DNA from: a virus
Lineage: Duplodnaviria; Caudoviricetes
Strand: one strand, 5' to 3'
Length of the DNA stretch: 64,000 nt
Virus record (IMG/VR): IMGVR_UViG_645044602_000001
Span: 1 to 64,000 of that record
In this document: positions 1-8,209 of the stretch, piece by piece
Numbering within the stretch: position 1 is the first letter of the stretch
How the letters are laid out: each line of letters starts with the position of its first letter
Translations under genes and position numbers: made by a program
Notes under the pieces: generated by a model
Told to the model about the DNA's origin: nothing
What the model saw: the letters and a program-made list of their open reading frames with translations, nothing else
Database searches by the model: none

Positions 1-89
1 CACCCCCCCGTCTTAATTACACACGATTACACATGCCCCCCCATATTTATTACACTCTCCACACCCAGCCATTACACTGCATACTAGGG

Positions 90-108
90 AGCCTCCGGCT
101 GTCTTGGA
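90..108 (+). promoter_or_regulatory. N4-type virion RNAP hairpin promoter (Pe1)
   Basis: AGCC-TCC-GGCT followed by GTCTTGGA. The template strand gives a hairpin with a C-GGA-G loop, matching N4 vRNAP promoter architecture. Lies upstream of the first gene. Confidence 0.8.
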
Positions 109-138
109 TTATTCACCCACAGCACAGGAGCACACACC

Positions 139-393
139 ATGGGTATCTTCCGTTCGGCTTCCAATGCCATCACCTCCATCTTCGACACTGTTACCGATGT
201 GGGCCAACACCGCAGGAGAAAGCGTCTCCATGGCCACCACCTATTCCACAACAGAGCGGTGAGTCAGAAGCTCACTGACAAACAAGAAGTCATGGTCTCC
301 ACTGCCGAGACACTGGCTGCACTCCAAGCACGACTGGACTCCGACGAGAAACTGGCAGCGATCTACGCCTCTCTCGAAAAGGAATTCGCCTGA
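139..393 (+). CDS. First early protein (N4-like gp1 position); probable compensating indels at ~202-245
   Basis: AGGAG RBS and ATG directly after the hairpin promoter, followed by a terminator hairpin. Confidence 0.7.
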   Translation: MGIFRSASNAITSIFDTVTDVGQHRRRKRLHGHHLFHNRAVSQKLTDKQEVMVSTAETLAALQARLDSDEKLAAIYASLEKEFA

Positions 394-398
394 ACTAC

Positions 399-429
399 CG
401 TCTCCTCACTCACACCGAGTGGGGAGACG
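399..429 (+). terminator. Stem-loop after first early gene
   Basis: CGTCTCCTCACTC...GAGTGGGGAGACG inverted repeat; weak U tract; followed by CAGACAGACAGA. Confidence 0.55.
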
Positions 430-529
430 CAACCGTTTCCCAGACAGACAGATAGAACTTGACGATATCCAACCGAGAGTCTGTCTCAGCAACTGTTGCA
501 CAACCTCACATCAACTCTGGAGAACTCCA

Positions 530-778
530 ATGGGAACTTATGACCCTAAACTCGACCGCTATGATACCGAGATTACTCTCGATGATCATCGCTACCGCAT
601 CTCTTTCCTTCCCATCCTCCAAGTGATCGTGTTCACCAACATGGACACGAACTTTGGAGGTCAGTTCAACGTCGCTCATGGATGGATCGGCTCAAAGAAA
701 CCTGCCGATTTCCTCCTTGAAAATGAACTGAAACACCATCTCACAAACCCTGAACCAAAGGTTGAAAACCATGCTTGA
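530..778 (+). CDS. Early hypothetical protein
   Basis: GGAG RBS before ATG 530, within ORF 419..778. Confidence 0.6.
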   Translation: MGTYDPKLDRYDTEITLDDHRYRISFLPILQVIVFTNMDTNFGGQFNVAHGWIGSKKPADFLLENELKHHLTNPEPKVENHA

Positions 779-1094
779 ACTCATCTTCTACATCCTCATG
801 GCTGCACCATCTGCTACCGATGATCACGTCATGAACTATGCAATTCCTTTGGGATCCTATCCCGAAGCAGAATACTGCATGGACGCGAAGAACTGGATTG
901 ACGAACACCAAGGCAACTTGCCTCGTCATCTCTGGTGTATGCCTGTGAAAATCACCATTAGAGTGGTGAGCAAATCTAACGATGAAGGGAAGCTGCTATC
1001 CACAGCTACTCTTTTCCTTCGGTCATCTGTGGTGACTGAAGTCGGAGAATCGCCTCCGGCGATCTTGGGAATGTTCCCACAACATCCATCATGA
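771..1094 (+). CDS. Early hypothetical protein with hydrophobic N-terminus (3' end uncertain)
   Basis: ATG overlaps the previous stop. The ORF runs over the Pe2 promoter, so the true end may be earlier. Confidence 0.45.
   Translation: MLELIFYILMAAPSATDDHVMNYAIPLGSYPEAEYCMDAKNWIDEHQGNLPRHLWCMPVKITIRVVSKSNDEGKLLSTATLFLRSSVVTEVGESPPAILGMFPQHPS
1049..1070 (+). promoter_or_regulatory. N4-type virion RNAP hairpin promoter (Pe2)
   Basis: ATCGCC-TCC-GGCGAT followed by CTTGGGA; same loop as Pe1; upstream of the gp2 homolog. Confidence 0.85.
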
Positions 1095-1106
1095 AGGAGA
1101 AATCAG

Positions 1107-1516
1107 ATGGCTTTCAAACTTGCAACGAAGCGTACCAACCAGACCACTCGTCAGACCGCTGCTCAGGCAGATGAGGACGAATACGCTGGTCTGTGGATCA
1201 ACGTCGGTCTCGTCACCGAGGTTGAGGGCGAAGGTGATTCGTCCATGAAGTTCAACCGCTTGCCGCGTGGTGTGGCAGTGTCGGATCTGGTGCCTCACCG
1301 GATCTACGCGAACTCGCACGAACGGAATCCCGATTGGGCCGAGGAGGCTATCCTCGTCAACGCTCTGATCGAGAAGATCCGTGAGCACGGCTCGAAACTG
1401 GCCGAAGGCGAGTCGATGCCGCTGCAACTCAGCGTGCAACTCTACCGTCGTCAGGAGCAGGTTGCTCCGTCGATGCACCGAAGGTGGATGTCGATCTCGA
1501 CTCGCTGTTCGGCTGA
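1107..1516 (+). CDS. N4 gp2-like ssDNA-binding activator of middle transcription (apparent frameshift near 1468; ORF track reads to 1625)
   Basis: Motifs LWINVG, KFNRLPRGV and EGESMPLQLSVQLYRR resemble N4 gp2 (WLNIG, KFISLPTGI, GEEGIINLQVQLRR). The shifted frame ends ...DLDSLFG* at 1516, just before a terminator. Confidence 0.8.
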
Positions 1517-1527
1517 TCTGACTGAAT

Positions 1528-1569
1528 CTCTGGCCTCTCAGCTTATGCTGGGAGGTCAGGGACTTCTTA
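1528..1569 (+). terminator. Early terminator hairpin
   Basis: CTCTGGCCTCTCAGC-TTAT-GCTGGGAGGTCAGGG; near-identical to the hairpin at 2021. Confidence 0.7.
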
Positions 1570-1599
1570 CCAAAAACAGACAGACAGACATGAAACTAT

Positions 1600-1686
1600 G
1601 GCCAGTGCAGGTAGCCGAATGTTGAGCGCACATCTCAACAACATCTGTGCAAACGTAGCTTGGTTCGAATCCAAGACTGGTCTTCA
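1600..1686 (+). ncRNA. tRNA-like element (canonical acceptor stem and T arm, non-canonical D/anticodon region)
   Basis: GGCCAGT/ACTGGTC 7-bp acceptor stem; CTTGG-TTCGAAT-CCAAG T arm; ends TTCA. Confidence 0.6.
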
Positions 1687-1733
1687 AACTCTTCATGTGA
1701 ACCAACCACAAACATCTCAGAAGGAACTTTCCA

Positions 1734-1994
1734 ATGCCTGATGGTCTCTCGAAAGCCAATGCTCGCCAGTCCTCCAAGTGGCAGCGTTCGAGCAAGAGCC
1801 GCCGTGCTGCGAACATGCCTGCCAAGGCTGGTCGTCGCAAACTGCCTGCCGCCAAGAAAGGCAAACACATCACCACTCACGAAGAACGTCAGCGTGGGAT
1901 GTTCCTCGCTCAGTTCGGTCTGAAGCCCTTCGTCAACCCGTGGATCAATCGGAAAGGACCGAAAGAATCCGTGGGTGAAGATGAGTTCGCCTGA
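1734..1994 (+). CDS. Small, highly basic early protein
   Basis: AAGGA RBS; K/R-rich 86 aa; followed by a terminator. Confidence 0.75.
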   Translation: MPDGLSKANARQSSKWQRSSKSRRAANMPAKAGRRKLPAAKKGKHITTHEERQRGMFLAQFGLKPFVNPWINRKGPKESVGEDEFA

Positions 1995-2020
1995 CCTGAA
2001 CTGAAGTTCAACTGACTAAA

Positions 2021-2064
2021 CTCTGGCCTCTCAACAAAAGTTGAGGGGTCAGAGCTTATTTTTT
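2021..2064 (+). terminator. Early terminator hairpin
   Basis: CTCTGGCCTCTCAAC-AAAA-GTTGAGGGGTCAGAG followed by CTTATTTTTT. Confidence 0.8.
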
Positions 2065-2096
2065 CTGAGAACAGACAGACCGGAGATCTGATTCTC

Positions 2097-2116
2097 CCAC
2101 CTCCGGTGGTCTCGCG
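2097..2116 (+). promoter_or_regulatory. N4-type virion RNAP hairpin promoter (Pe3)
   Basis: CCACC-TCC-GGTGG hairpin with the same loop, upstream of RNAP II subunit 1. Confidence 0.75.
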
Positions 2117-2233
2117 TTGCTCGATAACCTCTATCCAAGCAAGCCAACTCGGGTTCCAACACCTAAAACCTAAAAGTTCAGGAATTGACCCGTTTTGACT
2201 AAACGAAGATAAACCCTAACCAAAGGAAAACCC

Positions 2234-3016
2234 ATGACAAACATGGTATCAACTCAGCTTAACCTCGAAGAACTCTACAACAGAAATCAGTTGATGGATG
2301 TGCTTCGTGATCAGTTCAGTCCACTGACTGATGATCCTTTCAAGCTCGACTGTGTGGTACAGATCTATCTGCACAAGCAAGCTGATGTGCCTACCATGGT
2401 TGGACTGTTCTCCCCCAAATGGGGTGAACCTCAAGACGTGGCAGAGATGCTCAAAGAAGTCGTTGAAGATGACCTCGTTGACTTCGATATGGACTCCATG
2501 AAGTTCATCATGAAGTACGAGATCTCTCGTGGTGTCGAAGAACTTCTTGAACTGTATCAGTTCCCATTGCCCATGGTTGTTCAGCCCAACAAAGTGGTAA
2601 ACAATCACATGGGGTCCGGATACTACGACAAGAAAGGTCGTATTGTCCTCAATGGATCTGATGTCTTCGACAATGAAGATGTCTGTCTCGACCATATCAA
2701 TCGAGCCAACAGCGTAGGACTCACATTAAATCTAGATGTGATCGCATCTGCTGAAGGCATGATGATCCTTCCCAAGAGAAAGTCTGGTGAAGCCTTTGAC
2801 GATTTTCAGAAGCGTCAGAAGCAAGCCAAAGTCTTCTATGAAACCTCTTATGAGGTAATGCAGGGACTGCTGACTCTGGGCAATGAGTTCTGGCTGACAT
2901 GGAAATATGATAGACGTGGAAGGTCATACTGTGTAGGATACCACGTAAATGCTCAAGGAACAGAATATAACAAAGCAGTTCTTGAGCTTTCTCGAAAAGA
3001 GGTGATCCAAGGATGA
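2234..3016 (+). CDS. RNA polymerase II subunit 1 (N4 gp15-like)
   Basis: YQFPLPMVVQP and the T7-family DxRGR motif (WKYDRRGRSYCVGYHVNAQG); size and position match N4 RNAP1. Confidence 0.92.
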   Translation: MTNMVSTQLNLEELYNRNQLMDVLRDQFSPLTDDPFKLDCVVQIYLHKQADVPTMVGLFSPKWGEPQDVAEMLKEVVEDDLVDFDMDSMKFIMKYEISRGVEELLELYQFPLPMVVQPNKVVNNHMGSGYYDKKGRIVLNGSDVFDNEDVCLDHINRANSVGLTLNLDVIASAEGMMILPKRKSGEAFDDFQKRQKQAKVFYETSYEVMQGLLTLGNEFWLTWKYDRRGRSYCVGYHVNAQGTEYNKAVLELSRKEVIQG

Positions 3017-3540
3017 AAACCAAACCACTTCCATCACGCGAAACGCTGTTGAAACTCTTACAATATGATCCAAAGACAGGATCACTTTATTGGAAAGAAC
3101 GATCTGAAGAGTTTTCAGATCACATTCGCTTCAATAAGAGATATGCAGGCAAACCAGCTTTCACTTGTATATCCAGAGGGTATCAAACAGGAACCATTGA
3201 AGGTGTCCATTACAAAGCTGTTCGTGTGATTTGGAAAATGGTTCATGGCTATGATCCTGAAGTCATAGATCACATTGATGGAAACAAACTGAATAATCGT
3301 ATCAGTAATATTCGTAATGTGACTCAAGTAGAGAATACCAAAAACCGTGCCAACTATAAAAACAACACATCCGGTTATCCGGGTGTGAATTGGATTGCTC
3401 GCCTTCAAAAATGGCAAGTTACAACTGGTGGAGCAAAACATCGAAAATACCATGGTACTTATGCTTCTCTTGAAGAAGCTATCTCAGTGAAAAAACAAAT
3501 GGAGAAAGATTATGGCTACCACCAAAACCATGGTCGCTGA
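3013..3540 (+). CDS. Free-standing HNH homing endonuclease with AP2-like C-terminus
   Basis: IDHIDGNKLNNRISNIR HNH motif; NNTSGYPGVNW...KWQV AP2-like tail; AT-richer than neighbours. Confidence 0.9.
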   Translation: MKTKPLPSRETLLKLLQYDPKTGSLYWKERSEEFSDHIRFNKRYAGKPAFTCISRGYQTGTIEGVHYKAVRVIWKMVHGYDPEVIDHIDGNKLNNRISNIRNVTQVENTKNRANYKNNTSGYPGVNWIARLQKWQVTTGGAKHRKYHGTYASLEEAISVKKQMEKDYGYHQNHGR

Positions 3541-3592
3541 CTACAACAAAGCAGTGCTTGAACTCTCCAGAAAGGAAGTGATCAATGGCTGA
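3536..3592 (+). repeat. Recoded duplicate of the RNAP1 3' end (ADYNKAVLELSRKEVING*)
   Basis: Matches 2960-3016 (TEYNKAVLELSRKEVIQG*) at protein level with many synonymous differences. Confidence 0.9.
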
Positions 3593-3648
3593 CTCTAAAC
3601 ACACCACACTCGATGAACTCAGCGATGGAAACATCGAAAGGAAAACCA

Positions 3649-3888
3649 ATGGCTAAATGGGATCTCACCCAACTCCACAAAGAGAACAATGCAAAAGGCA
3701 ACAATTCGCCTTTTGATCTCTCTCACCATGGAGATGAGGTCATCTGTTACACCAAAGATGACCGGATTCATGTTGCTGTGAAAGTTCAGACTGGACTCGA
3801 TGAGTTCAGATCGACTCTTCTCACCTTCGAAACTCAAACGCAGATGGAACGCCTGTTCCCTGCAATCATGAAAGGATTGCCAAGATGA
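3649..3888 (+). CDS. Hypothetical protein
   Basis: AAGGA RBS before ATG 3649. Confidence 0.65.
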   Translation: MAKWDLTQLHKENNAKGNNSPFDLSHHGDEVICYTKDDRIHVAVKVQTGLDEFRSTLLTFETQTQMERLFPAIMKGLPR

Positions 3889-4040
3889 ACTGGTGGAAGT
3901 TTCTTGTTGCAGTTGCAGCCATCATCCAAATCATTTTGGTAATCTTGGCTGAAGCTCAAGAAGAATACATCAAAGCATCCTATGAAATGCTGTGGTTGTT
4001 CTTCTTCATGTATCTCTATCACATGGAGGACAAGAAGTGA
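3885..4040 (+). CDS. Small membrane protein (51 aa, not in ORF track)
   Basis: MNWWKFLVAVAAIIQIILVILAEAQEEYIKASYEMLWLFFFMYLYHMEDKK; ATGA overlap with upstream stop; two hydrophobic segments. Confidence 0.55.
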   Translation: MNWWKFLVAVAAIIQIILVILAEAQEEYIKASYEMLWLFFFMYLYHMEDKK

Positions 4041-4153
4041 TCTTCATGAAACAAAATGCTTCTGGTCTACGATCCCAATCCAGACCAGATCAAATATACC
4101 AAATTCGCACAACAAGTCTTGATCTTGAATGCTCAATTCAGAGGAGAAATTCC

Positions 4154-4399
4154 GTGATCACTGGTGAAGACATCGACCGCTGCATCGAAGAGAAGCAGGG
4201 TCTCAAACTCGTCGTCGTGGATACTGGCCAATTCTTCGAATTCGAAATCCCTGTGGGACAAGATGCAGAAGAGTTCGTCAATTCTGCTGAATGCCGTGCT
4301 GAATGTGCAGCCCGGATTCTCAATCAAACAACTGATCTCATCATCGACCGTGAATGCACACAATTTGATGAGACCAATGGATATTGGATGGACCCATGA
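4154..4399 (+). CDS. Hypothetical protein
   Basis: GAGGAG RBS before GTG 4154, in frame with ORF 3992..4399. Confidence 0.6.
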   Translation: MITGEDIDRCIEEKQGLKLVVVDTGQFFEFEIPVGQDAEEFVNSAECRAECAARILNQTTDLIIDRECTQFDETNGYWMDP

Positions 4400-4554
4400 A
4401 ACGCTTCCCTGAACTCAAATCTCAAGAAGAGCTTGATCGTGAGATCTTCTGGCCTCTTCGCTGGTGGAAAGCCTATTTCGCAGGCTCTCTGATCCTCACC
4501 ATCACATTCTATGTGGTGGTCATTGCTGCACTTCTGAAGTGGATCTTCTCATGA
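4396..4554 (+). CDS. Small membrane protein (52 aa, not in ORF track)
   Basis: MKRFPELKSQ...WWKAYFAGSLILTITFYVVVIAALLKWIFS; ATGA coupling; C-terminal TM helix. Confidence 0.55.
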   Translation: MKRFPELKSQEELDREIFWPLRWWKAYFAGSLILTITFYVVVIAALLKWIFS

Positions 4555-4632
4555 TCCCGATGAATGCACTGATTTATGACTTCCTGAAAGACTCAGGATG
4601 GCCATGGCTGTTCTTCTACTATCGGTATTCCG

Positions 4633-4833
4633 ATGTCAGATACTGAAGCACCCACAACTGCTGTTCAGGATCGCAACTATCTCCGGATGTCTATCCCGGA
4701 ATATAGGAGCTTTGCAGAGGCTGTCTCAACCTTCTGTTACATTGACAGAGAAGGCAACCACTGCAAGCTCAAGAATGCCAAAACCAAGAAGCTGAAGAAT
4801 CTCAGACATGGGATTCGTAAGAGTGACTTCTGA
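4633..4833 (+). CDS. Hypothetical protein
   Basis: ORF in the small-gene run between the RNAP subunits. Confidence 0.4.
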   Translation: MSDTEAPTTAVQDRNYLRMSIPEYRSFAEAVSTFCYIDREGNHCKLKNAKTKKLKNLRHGIRKSDF

Positions 4834-4918
4834 TGAAATCTCTCATCTGGAAAGAACAACTCAGACTCTTGGAAGTAGAACTGAACAAGCGTCAGCGTGC
4901 TTCAAGAGGGGATTATTC

Positions 4919-5107
4919 ATGAATAATCGAAAATCATACCTCTTCAGAAGACAAGCTCAAGGCATGATCAAATATCTCGTTCCGACATATGCAAGTCGGT
5001 GCGAGATCCACAAAGATGAAGAAGGCTACTGGCTCAATGTCTGGTGGCATTGTGGTGTAATCGCACCACTGACTCACAATGAAGAAGCTCAAGCATTAGG
5101 AGAATGA
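4919..5107 (+). CDS. Hypothetical protein
   Basis: GAGGGG RBS before ATG 4919; stop overlaps the RNAP2 start. Confidence 0.5.
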   Translation: MNNRKSYLFRRQAQGMIKYLVPTYASRCEIHKDEEGYWLNVWWHCGVIAPLTHNEEAQALGE

Positions 5108-6309
5108 AAATGCTGAAGGTCCAAGAGTTCCGTGAACTGACTGGCAAAGAATACCTGATGGCTGACATCGCGTGCAAACACGACAAAGCCTACGAGAAAC
5201 TTAGCTGGGATCAGCGGATCTTCCATTTCTCGGAAATCGACTTCAAAGACCCGAAGACGTTCAAAGAAGCCAGCAACCCTGTTGGGTTGAGGGCAGCCTA
5301 TGTCGCAATGGAACACACTGCAATGGGCAAACCCAGTGGTTACATGATCAGTCTGGATGCAGCATCCTCTGGTCTCCAACTGCTGAGTCTGTTGGTATCC
5401 TGTCCTGTAAGCTGGAAGCTCTGTGGTGGTGACGAAAACATTCTCGACGCCTATGCAGAAGTCTTCCTTCACATGAACACTGGCCTGAACATCGACCGCA
5501 AAGATGTGAAGCAAAGCATCATGACTGCTCTCTATGGTTCAACAGCGACACCCAAAGCCGTATTCGGTGAGGATGTGGATGTGTTCTATGAAACCATGGA
5601 GAAAATGGCACCCGGTGCTTGGGATCTCAATCTTGGAATCCAAGAACTCTGGGATGAAGTCGAAGGTACAACCTACGACTGGACCATGCCTGACAACTTC
5701 TATGCCTGCATCGAAACTCACGACAAAGACGTGATCAAGTTCAAGTTCTTGGATGAAGAATTCCAAGTTGTCCAAAAGGTGAATGAACGTCCTCGGTTCC
5801 ATAAAGGATTGGGACCGAATCTCATTCACTCTGTGGATGGTATGATCGTCCGTGAGATGTATCGTCGCTGTCAGTACGACATCAACACCATGCAGCGTGT
5901 CCTTGGACTTATCGCTGGTGGTGTCACAGGTGGAACCACTGGTAAATCTGCTAACATGGTTCAGACCCTTTGGGATCTGTATCAGGAAAGTGGATTCCTC
6001 AGTGTTCGTATCCTCGATTATCTCTATGAGGATACTTGTGGATTGGTTGACATGCAGATCATCCAAGATCTCATCATCACCATGCCTCATGTTCCCTTCC
6101 AACTCGTCACAGTGCATGACTGCTTCCGTTGTCATCCCAACTATGGCAATGACCTTCGCCGTCAGTACAACACGATTCTGTGCCAAATCAAAAACAGTGA
6201 ACTTCTCAGGTTCATCGCGTCACAAGTCGCAAACCAAAATATCAAAGTCAGTAAAGTTGGAAACATTCCTGACGAAGTGATCTTGAATGCAAATTATACA
6301 CTTAGTTAA
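5104..6309 (+). CDS. RNA polymerase II subunit 2 (N4 gp16-like)
   Basis: T7-type motifs: A (LDAASSGLQ), B (RKDVKQSIMTALYG), NLIHSVDG and C (VHDCF). Confidence 0.95.
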   Translation: MKMLKVQEFRELTGKEYLMADIACKHDKAYEKLSWDQRIFHFSEIDFKDPKTFKEASNPVGLRAAYVAMEHTAMGKPSGYMISLDAASSGLQLLSLLVSCPVSWKLCGGDENILDAYAEVFLHMNTGLNIDRKDVKQSIMTALYGSTATPKAVFGEDVDVFYETMEKMAPGAWDLNLGIQELWDEVEGTTYDWTMPDNFYACIETHDKDVIKFKFLDEEFQVVQKVNERPRFHKGLGPNLIHSVDGMIVREMYRRCQYDINTMQRVLGLIAGGVTGGTTGKSANMVQTLWDLYQESGFLSVRILDYLYEDTCGLVDMQIIQDLIITMPHVPFQLVTVHDCFRCHPNYGNDLRRQYNTILCQIKNSELLRFIASQVANQNIKVSKVGNIPDEVILNANYTLS

Positions 6310-6347
6310 TCTAAGATATCTTAGATCTTGATGGTGTGACCTCTCGT

Positions 6348-6397
6348 AAAAAGACCCCTATCTGCCATTCTCATGGTAGATAGGGGTTCATTTTTTG
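6348..6397 (+). terminator. Rho-independent terminator
   Basis: ACCCCTATCTGCCA...TGGTAGATAGGGGT followed by a T tract. Confidence 0.75.
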
Positions 6398-6429
6398 ACC
6401 AACGCAAGAACGCAAGAAGGACAGGAATC

Positions 6430-6633
6430 ATGACGACGACGCAGGACTACAGATACTATTACATGGATGACCACACAAGAACAATTTTCTACTCTGATAC
6501 TGATGTCAGTGAAGAAAGACCTGATCTTGTTTTTGTGGGTATGAGCCAAAACCCAAATCCCAAAATGGCTGTTGCTGTCTTCACACAGAAAGACTTACTA
6601 CCAGTTGGATACAAGATCAAACCCTTGGTTTGA
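6430..6633 (+). CDS. Hypothetical protein
   Basis: AGGA RBS before ATG 6430. Confidence 0.6.
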   Translation: MTTTQDYRYYYMDDHTRTIFYSDTDVSEERPDLVFVGMSQNPNPKMAVAVFTQKDLLPVGYKIKPLV

Positions 6634-6921
6634 TTCTTCTTTTTTGGTTTTCAATCAACATCAACAGAAGGAGTAACACGATGTGATCTACTTTCTTCTG
6701 ACCGTTTTGATCATCTTCCTTGTATGGGAATGGATGATCTACCCTCATATCCTTGTCTTATCTCACAAGGATGATGTCCACTCTAGTTCGATGAACTGTA
6801 AACCGCACGGGCCGGGACCGTGTAGGGATCCAGATAATTGAAAAGAGACAAAATAGAGACTGACCTGAGCATGTCGTAAAAAGACTCAATCAATCCCAAC
6901 ATAGCTACAAGGAAGCATTCA

Positions 6922-8118
6922 ATGTCTAACGACGTTTTGAAGCTCTCACCTTCTGAGGTGTATGAGTTCGTGACTGCCGCGCTCAGTCTCAAGCAAGTCC
7001 CTTACATCGCTGGCCCGCCTGCCATCGGTAAGTCGCAAGTGGTACATCAAGTCGCTCAAGATGCGAATGCTTTGATGATCGACCTTCGTCTGAGCCAAAT
7101 GCTCAGTGAAGACATGACTGGTCTTCCAGAGCGTGATGAGAAACGCGGCAAAGCTGTGTATCTCCCCTTCGAACAATTCCCTCTTGAGGGTGATCCCATT
7201 CCTGATGGTTACAGCGGTTGGCTGCTGTTTCTTGATGAGCTTTCTTCAGCCACTGAAGAAGTGCTTGCTGCTGCATACAGCCTGATCCTTGATCGGACTG
7301 TTGGTGGCAAGAAACTCCACAACAAGTGTCTGGTTGTGGCTGCTGGCAACCGTGCCAGTGACTCTGCAATTGCACGAGAACTGCCTGACACCCTGATCAC
7401 CCGTATGCTACCCTGTGAAATGAAGGTGAGCAGCAAAGACTGGCTGTACTGGGCTTCCCAACAGGGAACCAAAGCCAATGATGCAGTCGTGGACTTTATC
7501 AAAAAAGACCCTAAGATGCTGTATGCTCCGACCAAAGCCAAGGAACGTGCTGAACTGGAAACCTATCCCACTCCTCGTGGATGGGAAAAGGTCTTCGCTC
7601 ATGTGAACATGCATGAGAAGATGACCAAGAAACAACAGGAAGGCGTAGACTCTGCTGGTGTCCCTACAGGTCAGATGGTCATGTCTGGACAGCCCATCTC
7701 TGCCATGTGCTTCAATCTCATGGCTGCTGCTGTTGGTCCGATGGCTGCACGCTCGTTCAAGGAAACCTATGACGAGAACATCCAGCTTCCCTATCCGTGG
7801 GAGATTGCTCAATCTCCTGCAAGCTCTCGTGTTCCCAGTGCAGGTGTCGCCAAAGCTCGACTGATGAACGATCTGGCCAAATACTTCATGGAATCTGACT
7901 CTCAGACCCGTGACAATGTGCTGATCTACGTCAATCGTGTTGGCGGTGAGTACAGCGAACTGTTCTTGTCTGAGATCAAAGGCAAGCTGAAAGAGACTCC
8001 CAGCGACAAACGTCTGCTGCAAGAGATCTCTGAACGACTGAACATTGACCCTCTTCTTGGGGCGTCTGGTTCTGTCAAGAAAGGGGGATCGGGCAACGAC
8101 CCGAGTTCACCCTTTTAA
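6922..8118 (+). CDS. MoxR-like AAA+ ATPase (N4 gp24-like)
   Basis: Walker A GPPAIGKS, Walker B LLFLDE, AAGN, and PTPRGWE. Confidence 0.9.
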   Translation: MSNDVLKLSPSEVYEFVTAALSLKQVPYIAGPPAIGKSQVVHQVAQDANALMIDLRLSQMLSEDMTGLPERDEKRGKAVYLPFEQFPLEGDPIPDGYSGWLLFLDELSSATEEVLAAAYSLILDRTVGGKKLHNKCLVVAAGNRASDSAIARELPDTLITRMLPCEMKVSSKDWLYWASQQGTKANDAVVDFIKKDPKMLYAPTKAKERAELETYPTPRGWEKVFAHVNMHEKMTKKQQEGVDSAGVPTGQMVMSGQPISAMCFNLMAAAVGPMAARSFKETYDENIQLPYPWEIAQSPASSRVPSAGVAKARLMNDLAKYFMESDSQTRDNVLIYVNRVGGEYSELFLSEIKGKLKETPSDKRLLQEISERLNIDPLLGASGSVKKGGSGNDPSSPF

Positions 8119-8209
8119 GGCTCCCGCTCAAAACCAAAAAGAACACCAACCCATTGAATGGAAAAGGAAAGTCTTATGGAAAGCACGTTGAAGATGGTTT
8201 GGGGCAAAT

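Noticed and set aside
33-278. 81-aa His-rich ORF at the genome start
   Set aside because: Starts upstream of the first promoter in low-complexity C/A-rich terminal sequence and has no RBS.
2185-2213. Sigma70 promoter TTGACC-N17-GATAAA upstream of RNAP1
   Set aside because: Weak -10 match, and a vRNAP hairpin promoter already explains transcription.
2960-3592. Group I intron in RNAP1
   Set aside because: The HNH ORF fills nearly the whole insert, leaving no room for a ribozyme core, and the upstream gene is already complete.
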